From Microbotryum violaceum (lineage: Eukaryota): 64,000 nt of DNA. The stretch covers positions 620,001-684,000 of the forward strand of contig CDLV01000015.1 in assembly GCA_001244265.2 (NCBI GenBank), read 5' to 3'. Positions 37,338-49,154 of the stretch are shown in pieces. The notes below the pieces were generated by a model. The model searched no databases. It saw only the letters and a program-made list of their open reading frames with translations, and had not been told where the DNA came from. The position numbers and the translations under genes were made by a program. Position 1 is the first letter of the stretch. Each line of letters opens with the position of its first letter.

Positions 37338-38987
37338 TCAGACCAATTGAGCGACACTCGTATCGACAAAGTCCTCGAGATCCCACCCCTGTCCATTCGC
37401 AGGGCGTTCCAAAACGCCCGCTTGTTCCAGAGTCCTATGAAGCCGGAAAGTAGAACGAATCAGTTCTCCGCGCCGTGTTCAGTCACAGCTCGAAAGCCCG
37501 TACTCACTCAAGCGTCAATTGCATCGTCTTTCTCTCAACCTTCTGCACCCCGTTCTTGGGGTAGCTCACCCCCTCCAACCAACTGACCACATCGACCTCA
37601 GGGTACCCGAACTGATTCATCACGAATTGCTTACTCTTCCCTTTCCTCGAAGTCTCGGAATCAAAGTCCTCGACGGAAAGTGTGAGGTTTTTGAGGAAGG
37701 AGATAAGTTGGTTTTTTTGGGAGGGAGTGGAGAGGACGCCGGAGGAGGCGACTATGATCCATGAGGCCCAGGGGGTCGGGACATGCGAGATGAAGCGCAG
37801 TTCGGAGAGGTAGGGTTTGGTCGTGAAATGTTCCCACATCTGGATGGAGAGAGGAAGGGGGTGGTGATCAGCGACAGGTGGAGCAGTGTGGTGTGAGGGT
37901 GGGCCTCACGAATGCTGCGGCTTTGCCCGAGTTGACGCCGTCTCGGAGGTTCTGCGATGGAGGCCGGGGGGGGGGGGGGGGTCAGATTGAGAGCCGATCA
38001 CAGGCAACCCGGATTGGGAACTGACCTTGAACGTATCAAGGACTGGAGCGATACGGAAAGATGGGATACGGTCGGTTAGATGACTGTGACTCCGATGTTA
38101 AAGATGCGCATGGTGACTGACCTTCGAATTGGATGGGTTCAACTTTGCCGTCGGTGTCGACCCACCCTTGTTGCAGTGCCACTGAGAAGAGACGAAGCAA
38201 AGATGGATTCAGTTCATCTTGCTGATAGCCTGTACGAGGAGGGTTCGAAAGCTTACTGTAGGAAGCCATGACCTGACTCCCACTGTAGATCCGAACGCAC
38301 CGAGATTTTTTCTGAGATTAGCTCTCCCAAGAGAGATGAACGCTTCTTTTCGAAACCAACCTTCCGATCCTCGAAATGCCAATCGTTTCTCCTTTGAGGT
38401 CGTTCAAGGTCCGATACTTGCTCTCCTTTCCGACCGCGACAGCCCAATTCAATGGACTTGGCAAAGGACAAATGTTCAGTTGCCGATGCTCTCGCTCCAA
38501 GCGCAGTGGACGGAAGGACGTACGAGGTGACGTAGGTGCCCACGATCTTGTACTCTGCCTTTTTGTGTACGATCCCTGCGGTCAAGGCTTCGGTCAAGGC
38601 GATGGCGAGGTGGATGTGGCCCTCTTTCAGGGCGGTCATGATTTGGCCCGTTCCACCTGAGCAGAGTCGGCGTCGGGCGGGGCAGGTCAGTGGCTGAGGG
38701 AAGGTGGACGGGGTGGGGTTTGGGGTTGCGTACTGGGACATGAGACGAGTTCAATAGTGGGGTCACGAGCGGCGAGTTGGAGTAAAGGGGAGGAGAAATG
38801 TTCTGGCACTGCGAGCGTGGACGGGGGGGGCATCATGTGGGGGAGAGACAAACTCGCGGTCAGTGGTTGGGATGTGGAAACAGAGGAGCACGTTCGAGAG
38901 TGGAAGCAGAGGAGCACGTTCGAGAGTGACACTGGACGTACCATATCCGATGCGCAGTTTGGAGGTCGGGTTCGTAGCAGAGGTCAT
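37338..38987 (-). CDS. Periplasmic-binding-protein-fold NMT1/THI5-like protein (Candida CA3427-like), multi-exon
   Basis: LRIGY|VPEHFSSPL, CPSGTGQIMTAL, AIALTEAL, PLNWAV, IGISRIGSGSQVMA, FMWEHFTTKPY, VPTPWASW. Confidence 0.85.
38874..38925. repeat. 26-bp direct tandem duplication inside intron 1 of the CA3427-like gene
   Basis: gtggaaacagaggagcacgttcgaga followed by gtggaagcagaggagcacgttcgaga (1 mismatch). Confidence 0.9.
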
Positions 38988-39460
38988 GACGGTCGATCTG
39001 GATGTGGCCCGATTCGGACGAGAGGTGCGGGCGGTCGTTGTCAGCTCGGTTCAGTGAGCGGTCGTAGGTGGGAGTGTAGTAGACAACGGTCCGGGGTGTG
39101 CGAGCTTGGGGATGTGACAAGGTCTCTACAACTGAAGCAAGATCGCCCACCAGCGCGAGAGCTGTCCCCATCGAGCCATTCTTCCGAGTCCAATCATGGT
39201 AGTAGGCAGTTCGTGCTTTGACTCTCTTTCGATTGTGTATACGTGCAAAAGCAGGGGGGAATACGAGTTACATAACATCATACACAGGTTGCAAAAACGC
39301 TCTCTCCCTCCGATCCTCAACGTGCCGGCGGAGCTTTCATTATTGCTCGCGGTCCATCCTTGTATATCTCGCGCTGTCGACATTGACCGTCATTGACCGT
39401 GACCCAGATTGAGGTTGATGATCCGGTGCAAATGGAAAACAGTCGGGAATGGAGCGTGTC

Positions 39461-39911
39461 TTAATCCGAATGCGGCAGGCGTAGATCCGATCGTCTTGGC
39501 CCTGTTGCAAAAGCCAGACCCAGCATCAGTGAATGGTGCTGCCCCATACAAAAACTGTGCAGTTGGGCATCAAACTGACGAATGAGAGGATTGAGTTGGG
39601 CCAGGTAGGTAATGGCCCACCTGTAGCAGAGTCGGCATCACGACACCGGTCAGCTTCGAACGCCCCTTGCGTACGTACGCTGAAGAAGGGGTGTGGACTT
39701 GCATGAGGTAGCAGCACGTGACGACCAAGAGGATGCTCGTTCGGATCACACTGTATCGAGACGGGACAGGTCAGTATGCGATCGCGTAGAAGCTAGTTAG
39801 CTGGCGCCGAAGAACTGACACTTGATTCTCGCCCTTGGGTACCGAGATGAACCCGCCCGCAGCGAGACCGGCGAGGATCAAGCCGACCCAGATGATCAAC
39901 CAGCCTCCCAT
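39461..39911 (-). CDS. VMA9: V-type ATPase V0 subunit e, four exons
   Basis: MGGWLIIWVGLILAGLAAGGFISVPKGENQV|VIRTSILLVVTCCYLM|WAITYLAQLNPLI|RPRRSDLRLPHSD*; CCYLMWAITYLAQLNPL is the family signature. Confidence 0.95.
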
Positions 39912-39945
39912 GTGTGGTGTGTGGTGTGTGGTGTGTGGTGTGTGG
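39911..39945. repeat. (TGTGTGG)5 perfect heptamer array abutting the VMA9 start codon
   Basis: Five exact copies; reads (CCACACA)5 in the VMA9 leader. Confidence 0.95.
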
Positions 39946-40171
39946 CTGTAGAGTGAGTGTAGGGGGTGGGGGTCGTGTACGGGGGACAGAGAGAGCGAGC
40001 CAGCCGGGATGAGGTAGAATGAGGTCATCCATTTGGCCATTAGCCATTTCAAGCCGCGTCTAATGCAATGCGTGTAATGCGCGTTACGGGCACTTGGTTG
40101 GCTGCGAACGTTCGCGCTGCAACCTCCCTTCCCTTCCGACTATTGTTCCTACTCGGTGGAGGCTATACCGC

Positions 40172-42638
40172 ATGTTCAAACCGAGGCAGGTCGCCAACAA
40201 AACCGGGCCATCCACCACACCGAATGTAGTGCCACCTCCGACTGCCAGTGCGTCCCTCAGCGCAAGCTCCAGCACAAGTCACGCTCCGATCTCGGTCGAC
40301 AACCCGCCACCACCACCAGCTCCAATCGCCTCAACATCTACCGCACCTCCAACAGTAGCACCTCGACTAGATCCAAAGCTCAGCACCAAGGAAAAGGACC
40401 GCTTGCAAACGCTGTTGTCGACGATCGAGTCGTCCTTCTCCGATTGGGGGTTGAGCACCTATCAGCGCCAGAATGGCATGCTGCAACGACTCAGGCAGGA
40501 CCCAAATCAAAGTCGGTTCATTCTTGGCTTGGCCTGTTTGTTTGTTTGTTGATGCGGTGCCCATGGTGACACTGACCCCGTCCCGTCTGTGCTCTAACCT
40601 GTATTCACCCCCTCCTCGAAACCCCCCCCCCCCCCCCCGGCCCCCCTGTCTTTTCATTCCCCCCCACACGGTACGCAGACGTGCACCTCCAATACGTCGT
40701 GCGCCTCGACCCCATCATCGCCCTCACCAACAACCAAGCCGACCTGCAAAACGCTCTACGCCACAAAACTTCATCGGTCGTAGAGGTTCGTCCGTCGGGT
40801 CACCTACAGTGTTTGGGAAAGCAACAAGTCTGAGCCTTTTCTCAACCGTCTACCAGCTCGATCCGAATGATCCATTTCAATTGCACGTCAAGCGCACCTT
40901 GCACTATGATCGACTTGAACACCTCACACCCAGTCACTGGGATCCCTGTATCCTATACCTCGTGCGTCTTCCCCGGCTCATTCCACCTAAATCGGGGAGC
41001 AAGCTGAAACTTCCTCTTGGGCTCATCACAGGAACACGTCCCCTCCCCAACGCACCACTCGCTCCCCCTCGTCGACCTCTTAACCCAACTCTTGCGCACC
41101 ACAATCCAACGCATCATCCTTCCACCGGGATACGACCCTTCCCACCCACCTTCTTCGAGCGACGCTCTTTACAGTTCATCGTCCGATCGACCGACCCAGT
41201 CTGAATTGTTTGATCAATCCCGTTCGGTAGCCAAGGATAAGGACAACGAGAAGGGCAAGGGGAAAGGATTGAGATTACCCAAGAGTGGAGGCACGTTCAA
41301 AGGGTTCGTATTTGTGATTGTGGAGAATGCGGAGGATGCGCAGAGGGTGTTGAGCGAATGGGATTGGGATTGGGACGCGCAGGCGGATAAGGTCGAGCAG
41401 GATGAAGTCGAGGCTTTGGAGAAGGAGTTGGAGAGTGAGATTGAGAGGGAGATGGGCATCGAGGGGGACGATCAAGAGCGGACGGGAGATGAGCAGGTCG
41501 ATTTGGTCAAGGTGGCGAAAAAGGGTGGAATGAGGGCTATCACCTAGTGAGTTTTCCAGCGTGGCCGTTTCGCGTGGCCGTCGCTGACTCTCATCATACA
41601 CGATGACGCCACAGTTCGAGATGGCTCGAATTCCAAGCCGAGTATCTGATCTACCAACAGGCTCTCGAAGGTCTCAAGAAGGAAGGCTACCGCTCTTCGT
41701 CGAGGTCGTACTACAACGAATATGACGATCGCGAACCCATCCTTTCCAAGGACCTACCACCTCATCTACGAGTCCCCTCCTCCTCATCCGCTTCGTCAAC
41801 GAACCCCAACTCCAAGACCAAACGACCTTCAACGAACGAGCTTGCCTCCTCAACACCTCACAAGAAACCCCGAACGTCCGACGTCCCCCCTTCGGCCCCA
41901 GCTCCACGAGCAGGCAAACCTTTGCCCGCGCTCGATTCTCGCGCAGCCCTCAAGTTGCACGGTGCCTACCCTCTCGACTGCGTACTCTGGGTTCGTAACC
42001 TACACGAAAAATCGACCAAAGGTGCTCTACGAACGCTCTTTTGCAAACTCTTGGATCGTCTCGAAGAAGGGAGTGGGAAAGGTTGTGAATTTGTCGATTA
42101 CGAGAAAGGTTTGGAAAGTGCCAAAGTTAGGTTCTCGACGCCTCATCATGCGCAATTGGTCAGGACGCATTTTGAGCAGAATCCGACGAGGCATACGAGG
42201 AGGGATTATTTCAGCTTTGAGAAGGAGCCGATGACGCCACCGGAAGGGATGGAAGAACAGGAATTGCAGGATGGGGGGGTGGGAGGTTTAGCGGAGGGAA
42301 GGAGATTGGTGGTGGCGGAATTGTTGAAAGGTGATTTGGAGAGGGAGTACTGGGATAAGATTCCGGAGGAGAAGAGGAGGGACGCGAGGAAGAGCGCCAA
42401 AGTCGAGGTCGGGATCGTGGGGAAGAAGAAGGTCGCTACGACGGGGGACGGGGTGCCTCAGAGTCAGAGTCAGGGTCAGGGTCCGTCTGAAGGGGAAGAG
42501 AAGGCTCGGGAGGCGGTGGGCAATGGGGATAGGAACGACGAACCCGGAGTGGAGGGGTCCGAACGGAATGACGAGGAGAGCAAGGAGGAAGGGAAGGAGA
42601 AGGCCAAGAAGAGGAAACGACCCAGTGCTAGGTTCTGA
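40172..42638 (+). CDS. La-related protein of the LARP7/p65/Pof8 type (La motif, RRM1, xRRM), multi-exon
   Basis: La-like LLSTIESSFSDWGL; RRM1 ILYL|EHVP...FKGFVFV; xRRM YPLDCVLWVRNL...FVDYEKG...VRF...AELLKGDLEREYWDKI; basic NLS at the C-terminus. Confidence 0.8.
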
Positions 42639-43474
42639 AATAACTTGTCGTACACAGAACCGCAGAACATTGCAAGTGAAAATGTCAACTTCATATTACT
42701 GCATCAAGGCTTCACTGGCGTCTGCCAGTCAACCCGGGCATTCCCCGAAACGGTGCTGCGGATTCGGGATTTTCTCCGAACTAAGCCATTCGTATACCGT
42801 GCCTCTCTCCCGCGTGTGTGATCCCTCGAACTCTACGCTTTTGTACCCTGGCGTCACCTCGCTGCGCTTTCATGTATAATGAAGACTTTGCTGCTTACTT
42901 CGGCGTCCCAAGTAGGAATTTACGCAAACGACCGCCATCCCCGATTCCCAGGCGGCAGTATCAGATATCTCGACATTTTTAGGCTCCAAGGAGCGGCGAG
43001 GTCGGATACTTTCTATGGGCTATGAACGATCACGAAACCACGAGGAGACGTGTAGATAGTGATGAAACTTTTCTCATAGTGTACCGATTTGTGCCCTGTG
43101 TCTTGATGTGAATTCGTCCAAGCCCATTGCGGAGCTCAGTTCTTAGACACGATGCAGGAAAAAGCCGGCAGCGTGCCTTAAGAGTCTGTGTGCGAGCATG
43201 CTGACAAAAAATTTAGCCGGTACCATTCTCTTGTTGTGAGTCGTTTCTCGCTGAAATAATCCTCGGGATCAGAAGTGCACGACCACTCCGAGCAGCTGGA
43301 ACATACGGTCTTTCCTGACTCGCTGCAGTGCCGCGTTACCCGAAAATACAACATCCCCGGGCTTGAGTAGTAAACAGAGGACCGCGTCATTTACACCAAA
43401 AATTTCATTTTTAGATAACCAAATCCAGATAAAGGAATGTAACGGCTAGACATGGCAGCGATCGAAAGGATGTC

Positions 43475-46400
43475 TCAAGCAAAAAAGAGCACAGGAGAAG
43501 GAGGTCTTCTAGTCGGAGGTGATTTCACCGCCGGCGTCGCACGCGCCGTTCCTTTGCCGCCGTCCAAGTTTATCCCAAGCTTAAGTGAGGAGGTACCATA
43601 AAATTTGGAACCGGTGGGATCAACTCGTTTGTTCCCTTTTGGCCCCGCGAGCGTTGTCCGGGAAGGAGCAGCGAACGTGTACTGCGCGCCCACGGCGATG
43701 GGTGGACCTGAAAGAGGAAACGAGCTTGGGCCGAGGGCCAAAGAGTCAGTCAAAAGTTGAAAAAGGGCTGGCGAGATTTGGCCTTGGTCTCTATTGGTTG
43801 GGACCTTGTGGAGATGCCCTGAAGAAACTGTCAAGAGTAATGCTAAGAGAACTCACCGCGTCGGATGGAGGAACCCGAAGAGGAAGGCGTGGGAGACGGG
43901 GCACGTCCGCCATCATTTTCCGCCACGGCTTCTAGAATTGGTTTATCACTCTGCGAACCAAGACGCACGTCGGAAGCCATTTTTCTCAATCCCCGTTGAG
44001 TGAAACCCATCGAGCTGGGCCCTCTTACGTCTCCGACCCCTCGGGTTTTGATCCCGCCTCGATTTGGTGAGGCGGACCCGGGTGAATTTTTTGAAGGGAT
44101 TGAGGAAGAGCTGAAGAAGCGCTGGAAACGCGATCCGAGTTTGGAGATGGGCGAGGAAGAGACACCATCTCCAGATTGAAATGAACTCCCATCATCCGAG
44201 GAGAGAGGGTGGAGTGGAGCTAAGTCGCGAGGAGGCTCCGACGGTCTCGCTTTGGGCGTTGGGTTGACTTGAAAGAGCCAATGCGGTGGAGTAGCAGTTT
44301 GGGCAGTTGTAGCCGTGGAAGGTCTTGACGAAGCCACAGTCGTCGAATGCTTCGAAGAGGCACGCGCCTCGTCTTGTAGCCGTGCATTTTCAATCCTTTG
44401 AAGATGATCTCTCCGCTCACCCTCGATCCACGCTTGATTGATATTCGTTCGCGCAAAAGCGAAACCTGGCGTGTGGACCCCTCCCGAACTCCCGAAAGCC
44501 GGCGGCCCCGCAGGACTCGTAGGAGCAGTTGCAGGGCGACGAGGAGTATCCCTCAAGCGGGGTAAAGATCGTTTACGCGAGCAAGAACGCTCATCTTGAG
44601 CTTCGAGACGATGTAGAGGGCCTGACGGTTGCTCGGGCGGGCTTGGAAGCGGGATTGCAGGTGGCGCATAGGGGCTCCTCGGTGGAAGACTCCCTTTGCG
44701 GGGCGGGCCCGGAACCATTGGGAATACGAGTGAATTGTGGGACTGTGAAGAGATGGAGCCTGTCTTGATGCTCGAGGAGGGATTGGAATTGGCTACGAGG
44801 TGAGAACGCAATCAAGGAGTCGTGATTAGCTTACGATCGACCGTCGGGGAATCTTTGTCAGGGCGCGGCTGACCATGATGGCCGAACGCGGTCTGTGGTG
44901 CTTCGGAGACCCGGGGGAATTCAACCGCGGCGTCGCTCAAGAACAAGAACGGCAACGGACGCTCCCTCTGATCCTATGTGCTGAAGCTCCGTCAGACTAT
45001 CTCCAAACCTAGTGAACCTGTACAGACGACTCACCTCGTTCGACATCTCAGGCTTTGAAGCAAGGCTGTCGACGGAGCGAGGGCGTGCCGATGACGCAGT
45101 CATAGAGCCACCATAATGACCCTGTACACGAACGAGCTAGGTAAGGAGCTCTGAGTTGTTGTTTGCCGTGCGTTGCCCTCCTCTCCTTGACTGACCGAGG
45201 AAGATCCGCATGCACTGTGGTACTCGGTTGTTGATGGAGCACTGGCCTGTAAATGTGGAAGCAGTTCAGGATGGCCACTCTACATCGCGAAAGCATTTAC
45301 CTCACCTTCAACATGATTCGTGCAGCCCTTGAGCGCAAGGCCGCGGCACCAGCTAGCGAGGCCGCTTCGAACACCTTGGCCGCCGTATTTGACGAAAGCG
45401 ACTCGTGAAGAGCGTGCACCGTCAGCCGTTCGAGAGAGGGAGGAAAGACGGGATATGTCTTGACGATCCAAAGAAGGGTTTTCAAAGTCGAGATGGACCG
45501 CTGAAGAGGGGTAGAGAGGGATAGGGTGAAGAAGAATTGCAACAGTGCCTGCGTCGTCGACGAGTCGAAGGGGAGGCGCAGCGAATCCTCGGTGAGGGGA
45601 AAGACACTCGAGTCGGGCTTCAAAGGTTGTATGTGTTGGGATTTACGATATCGAGCTCGGGCTCTTTGAATCGGATCTAAGACTTCGCTGTCGTCCGAAT
45701 GGCCCTCCGTATCTGAGCGCACCTCGAACTCGCTTGTTCGCTTTTCGAACTTTGCTAACTCGGCCTTCAACCAGGGCCAACGCGTCGTCAATAGCAAGCG
45801 GCTGCATGTGGTTTGCTCGCCATCCCGTGAGATGACAACGAAATCGTTCAGAGAGCTTTGGGAGAGGACCAGTAGACCGAACGACTGCTCGGAATGCGAA
45901 AGGAGTTGCCGAGGTGGCTCGTGCATCCCAAAGGCCTCAAGGTCGATGATGGCCACGTGTTGGAAGTTGCAGCGACGATGCGCATAGTCGTCAGCGGAGT
46001 TTGCTTCCTTCGAACCGAGGAGGAGTAGCATGTTATTGTATAGTACGGTCAAATTCCAGCTCCCGGATTTTATTATATGCGAGTTGATTTGTTCCCATCG
46101 TAGCGGACCCGAGCTCGAAAGAGCCCCCGAGGCGCCTGTGGGACCGAGATCAAGTGACCAGATCGCCAGTCGAGTGCCATACTGATCGACGTGAACACCG
46201 GTTACGATCATGTGATGGCCACAAATATGAGCAGAGGGGAAGCGGAGCCCTGGTGGACCACTCGCAGCCCCTTCTCGATTCCGTACGGAAATGAACGCCG
46301 GGTTCGACAGCTGATCGACAGGGGCGGCGACTAGATCGATTTCTCGCCTTGGGCTGTTTTCCGAAGCACAGGAGAGGGTCGGGACAGACAATCGCATTAG

Positions 46401-47469
46401 CCAGAATAATAGTGTATACCCAGTAGTGTATATGAACCCCCCCCCCCTTGCCGACTCACTCGGCGAAGTTTGTATTGCTGAACACGACGATGGGTTCCGG
46501 CTGTTCCTCATCCGAAGGTCGAGCGATGCTCGAGTGCACGGATCCCGAAAATTGCATCGTCCCATGCTCATCGACGGTCTTCATCAGGTTTTGTGACATG
46601 GGCTCGATCGTGACTAATGAAGAGGTTGCAGCTGCACGGTAGCTTCCAACCCTTCGAGGAAACTTGGCTTCGTCGATCCATTGCATCGAGTTGAGATCGA
46701 GAACGGCAATCGAGTAAACGGGTTCGTTGTTCGCATTCTGCCCTCCTATGATGGTCAACCGGGAGAGTTTCGCTTCGGGCGTATATCCGGGCGCCATGTC
46801 GATCGTCGTTTCGGTGACCGCCGCCAGGTGGCCATATCGACCCATGGGCATAGTCCTCACCCCTGTGCCACACCCACACTCTGGAAACGACCACTGCTCC
46901 CTCCGCGTATCGTACACGGCGACAGAAGCGAGCGTGCTCGGCAGTCTCTCGGCTGTGTCGGATAGAACGCCAAGTTCGGCTGCCGTTGTTTCCGACAGGC
47001 TAAGCGTGGGGTGCTCGGTTGGACCATGATCCCCTCCTGACCGAAGGGGGGCCGAACCGTGTGATGCATCAATGCTGCAATTTTGAGCTGGGGTTTGTCC
47101 GCCGAACACCACGAGCTTGTCACCGAATGCGTTGGCGGAATGAAAGCACCGAGGCACGAGTTGAGAGGGACCAGTTGGGCATCGTCGCCATGCGAAGGTC
47201 CCCAGGTCGAGGCGATAGAGCCCGGCCGAGATTGTCGCCGGAGGATCGGCGCTGCGCCCCCCAAACACATACAATGCATCACCGACAACCGTTGTCGTCG
47301 CTCCAATCTAGTGGCGGGTCGAAAGATGATATTGGGTGTATCGTGAGTGAGCAATCGGCGAGGGCCAGGTCTGAAACCGGAGTTGAGTCGCCCGGCGGCT
47401 TACTAAAGAAGGGGGTCCAGCCCCGCGAGTCTTGCGCACAAATGACGTGAGGTCGGGCACGTCGTCCAT
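43475..47469 (-). CDS. Kelch-repeat plus BTB protein, Ral2/Mds3/Pmd1-like, multi-exon
   Basis: Kelch blades YVFGG, PRCFHSA...LVVFGG, GRYGHLA...IIGG, PPGLRFP; BTB-like NDFVVISRDG...CSRLLLTTRWPWL; disordered tail ending PPSPVLFFA*. Confidence 0.82.
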
Positions 47470-49154
47470 CGCTTGTCGAAGTGGGTGATTCTGACCCTCC
47501 TCAAGTAGAGGAAAACGTGGAGCCTGAAGAAGAGGTCCACTTGGAAGTGAGCAAAAGTGTGGAAGCTTCACCCTCAAAAGCCCTACGAGGAGATGCGCGG
47601 CTAGCGAAGGCAGGGGCCGCCCTACTGTCTCACACGGAGCTTTCAGGAGCTTCAAGTTGTGTTCACCCGCCGCCGCACTGCCGACCAAAAGTCTCACGAC
47701 ATCATGTCTCACATTTTATTTTGGTCAAAAAATTCATCGCTATGATCCTAGGCTGCCTTCAGTCATCTTCAAATTCATGACACTAGTCAAGATGGACGCA
47801 GTCATTCCGCAGAGCTTGCGGAAAGCTGTGCTCGACTTCGTTTCGGCGTCAGTCTGGAGGACATCCCGTATCCCAGAAGGTCACCCCCTTTTGCAATAAC
47901 ATCTCACCGCGTCAATGTTCTACAAAACGCTTGACCGCAGCTCATCGCTGCGACCGGGCTCGGTCCGACTGAGTGAGATGTACTGTAAGATATGCGCCTC
48001 TGGTGTGCATATCTGTCGTTCTTGACCGCTAGACTAAAAGCAAGTCATAACTAGAACCCGATAGTTCTAGCTACTTAGAGGCTACTTACAGGGCTGTTCT
48101 GTAAGGCATCCCCTTACATGTACAGTCCCGAGCCGGTCAGCGGAGGCGCCCGCGCAGAGACACTGTCCCCGGCGACCCACGAATGAGTATATAAAATATC
48201 GGCATAATTCTGGGAAGGGAAGCATATAGCAGAGCCTGAACAGTAATCTGGCCCTAGTTTACTAATCAATCCGATTGGGAAAGATTGCCATTGGGATGTA
48301 TCTTTTACATCAAGCCGGAAATGCCTTTTTTGCGGTTGCTTATCATGCGCATACATCCAGCTGGATCCGGCGGCTCGCAGCTTGTTGTTTCTGAGCCCCC
48401 TGGCATCAAAGTGCTGCTTCACCTTTTGACATTTTCGGTTGGTCTTGAACTCCGACAATCATGCCTCTGAAATATCCCGGACGCTGAGCAATTTCTCTAT
48501 CAGAGAGGTCAGATTGAGCTCTCAGATTATCTACAGGAATGCTGGCAGGCGCTGGCGCGTTGGCGAGCTCTGTGTGTCTCAGGATTTGGCTTTGGTTGCA
48601 GCGCAACCCGAGGCGCGTCGATTTCGTAAATTCGCAGCTTCGAAAAGAAAGTCGCGACTCACAACTGCAGAATGGGAGAGGCCGGGTAATTTATTCTTTA
48701 GCTGATTGAGATCCGAGGGACTAGATTGGTCTAGTTGACTGGTTTACTGGTGATGGTGCAGCTGGTGAATGTGATGGTGGCGCTGCCGGAGCGGCGGAAG
48801 AGCATTTCGAGCAACGACTAGGCCTAGATCAGGCGCCAGAAGGCAGGCGTTGGCGCTGGCGCGCGCGAAGCGAGGCGCCTTTCGTAGCTCGAGAGCTGAC
48901 GGGCGCCGGGCGTGTTTGTCGAGCGTGGACTCGACTCTTTCCTCCTCCCGCGCTTCACTACCCTCATCACTTCTTGCTTTCTTCAGATCTTCACCCACTT
49001 TTATCACCTTTCCCGAGTGAGTTCCCCTTCAGACTTTAGATACAGTCACCCGCGATACCCCTTTGACAGAGGACCCCAGCTGATTCGTGGTGTCGTCGTC
49101 GCCCGTTCGTTCGTGTCCGTTCTTTCAACCCGACCCAGAAAACTACCCGCAACC

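Noticed and set aside
37965..40638. G17 (37965-37981) and C17 (40622-40638) homopolymers
   Set aside because: Both are intronic sense-strand poly-C tracts, ordinary low-complexity sequence with unreliable length
42620..42638. C-terminal -ARF of the LARP7-like protein as a peroxisomal PTS1
   Set aside because: It follows a strong basic NLS in an RNA-binding protein, and ARF is a weak PTS1 variant
43059..43205. GTGATGA...CTGA as a C/D box snoRNA
   Set aside because: Spacing is long, with no terminal stem and no rRNA-complementary guide that I could recognise
47988..48090. Small hairpins (ctagaac-ccgata-gttctag) and a short direct repeat as a Helitron or MITE end
   Set aside because: Stems are short, with no matching second terminus, target-site duplication or transposase remnant
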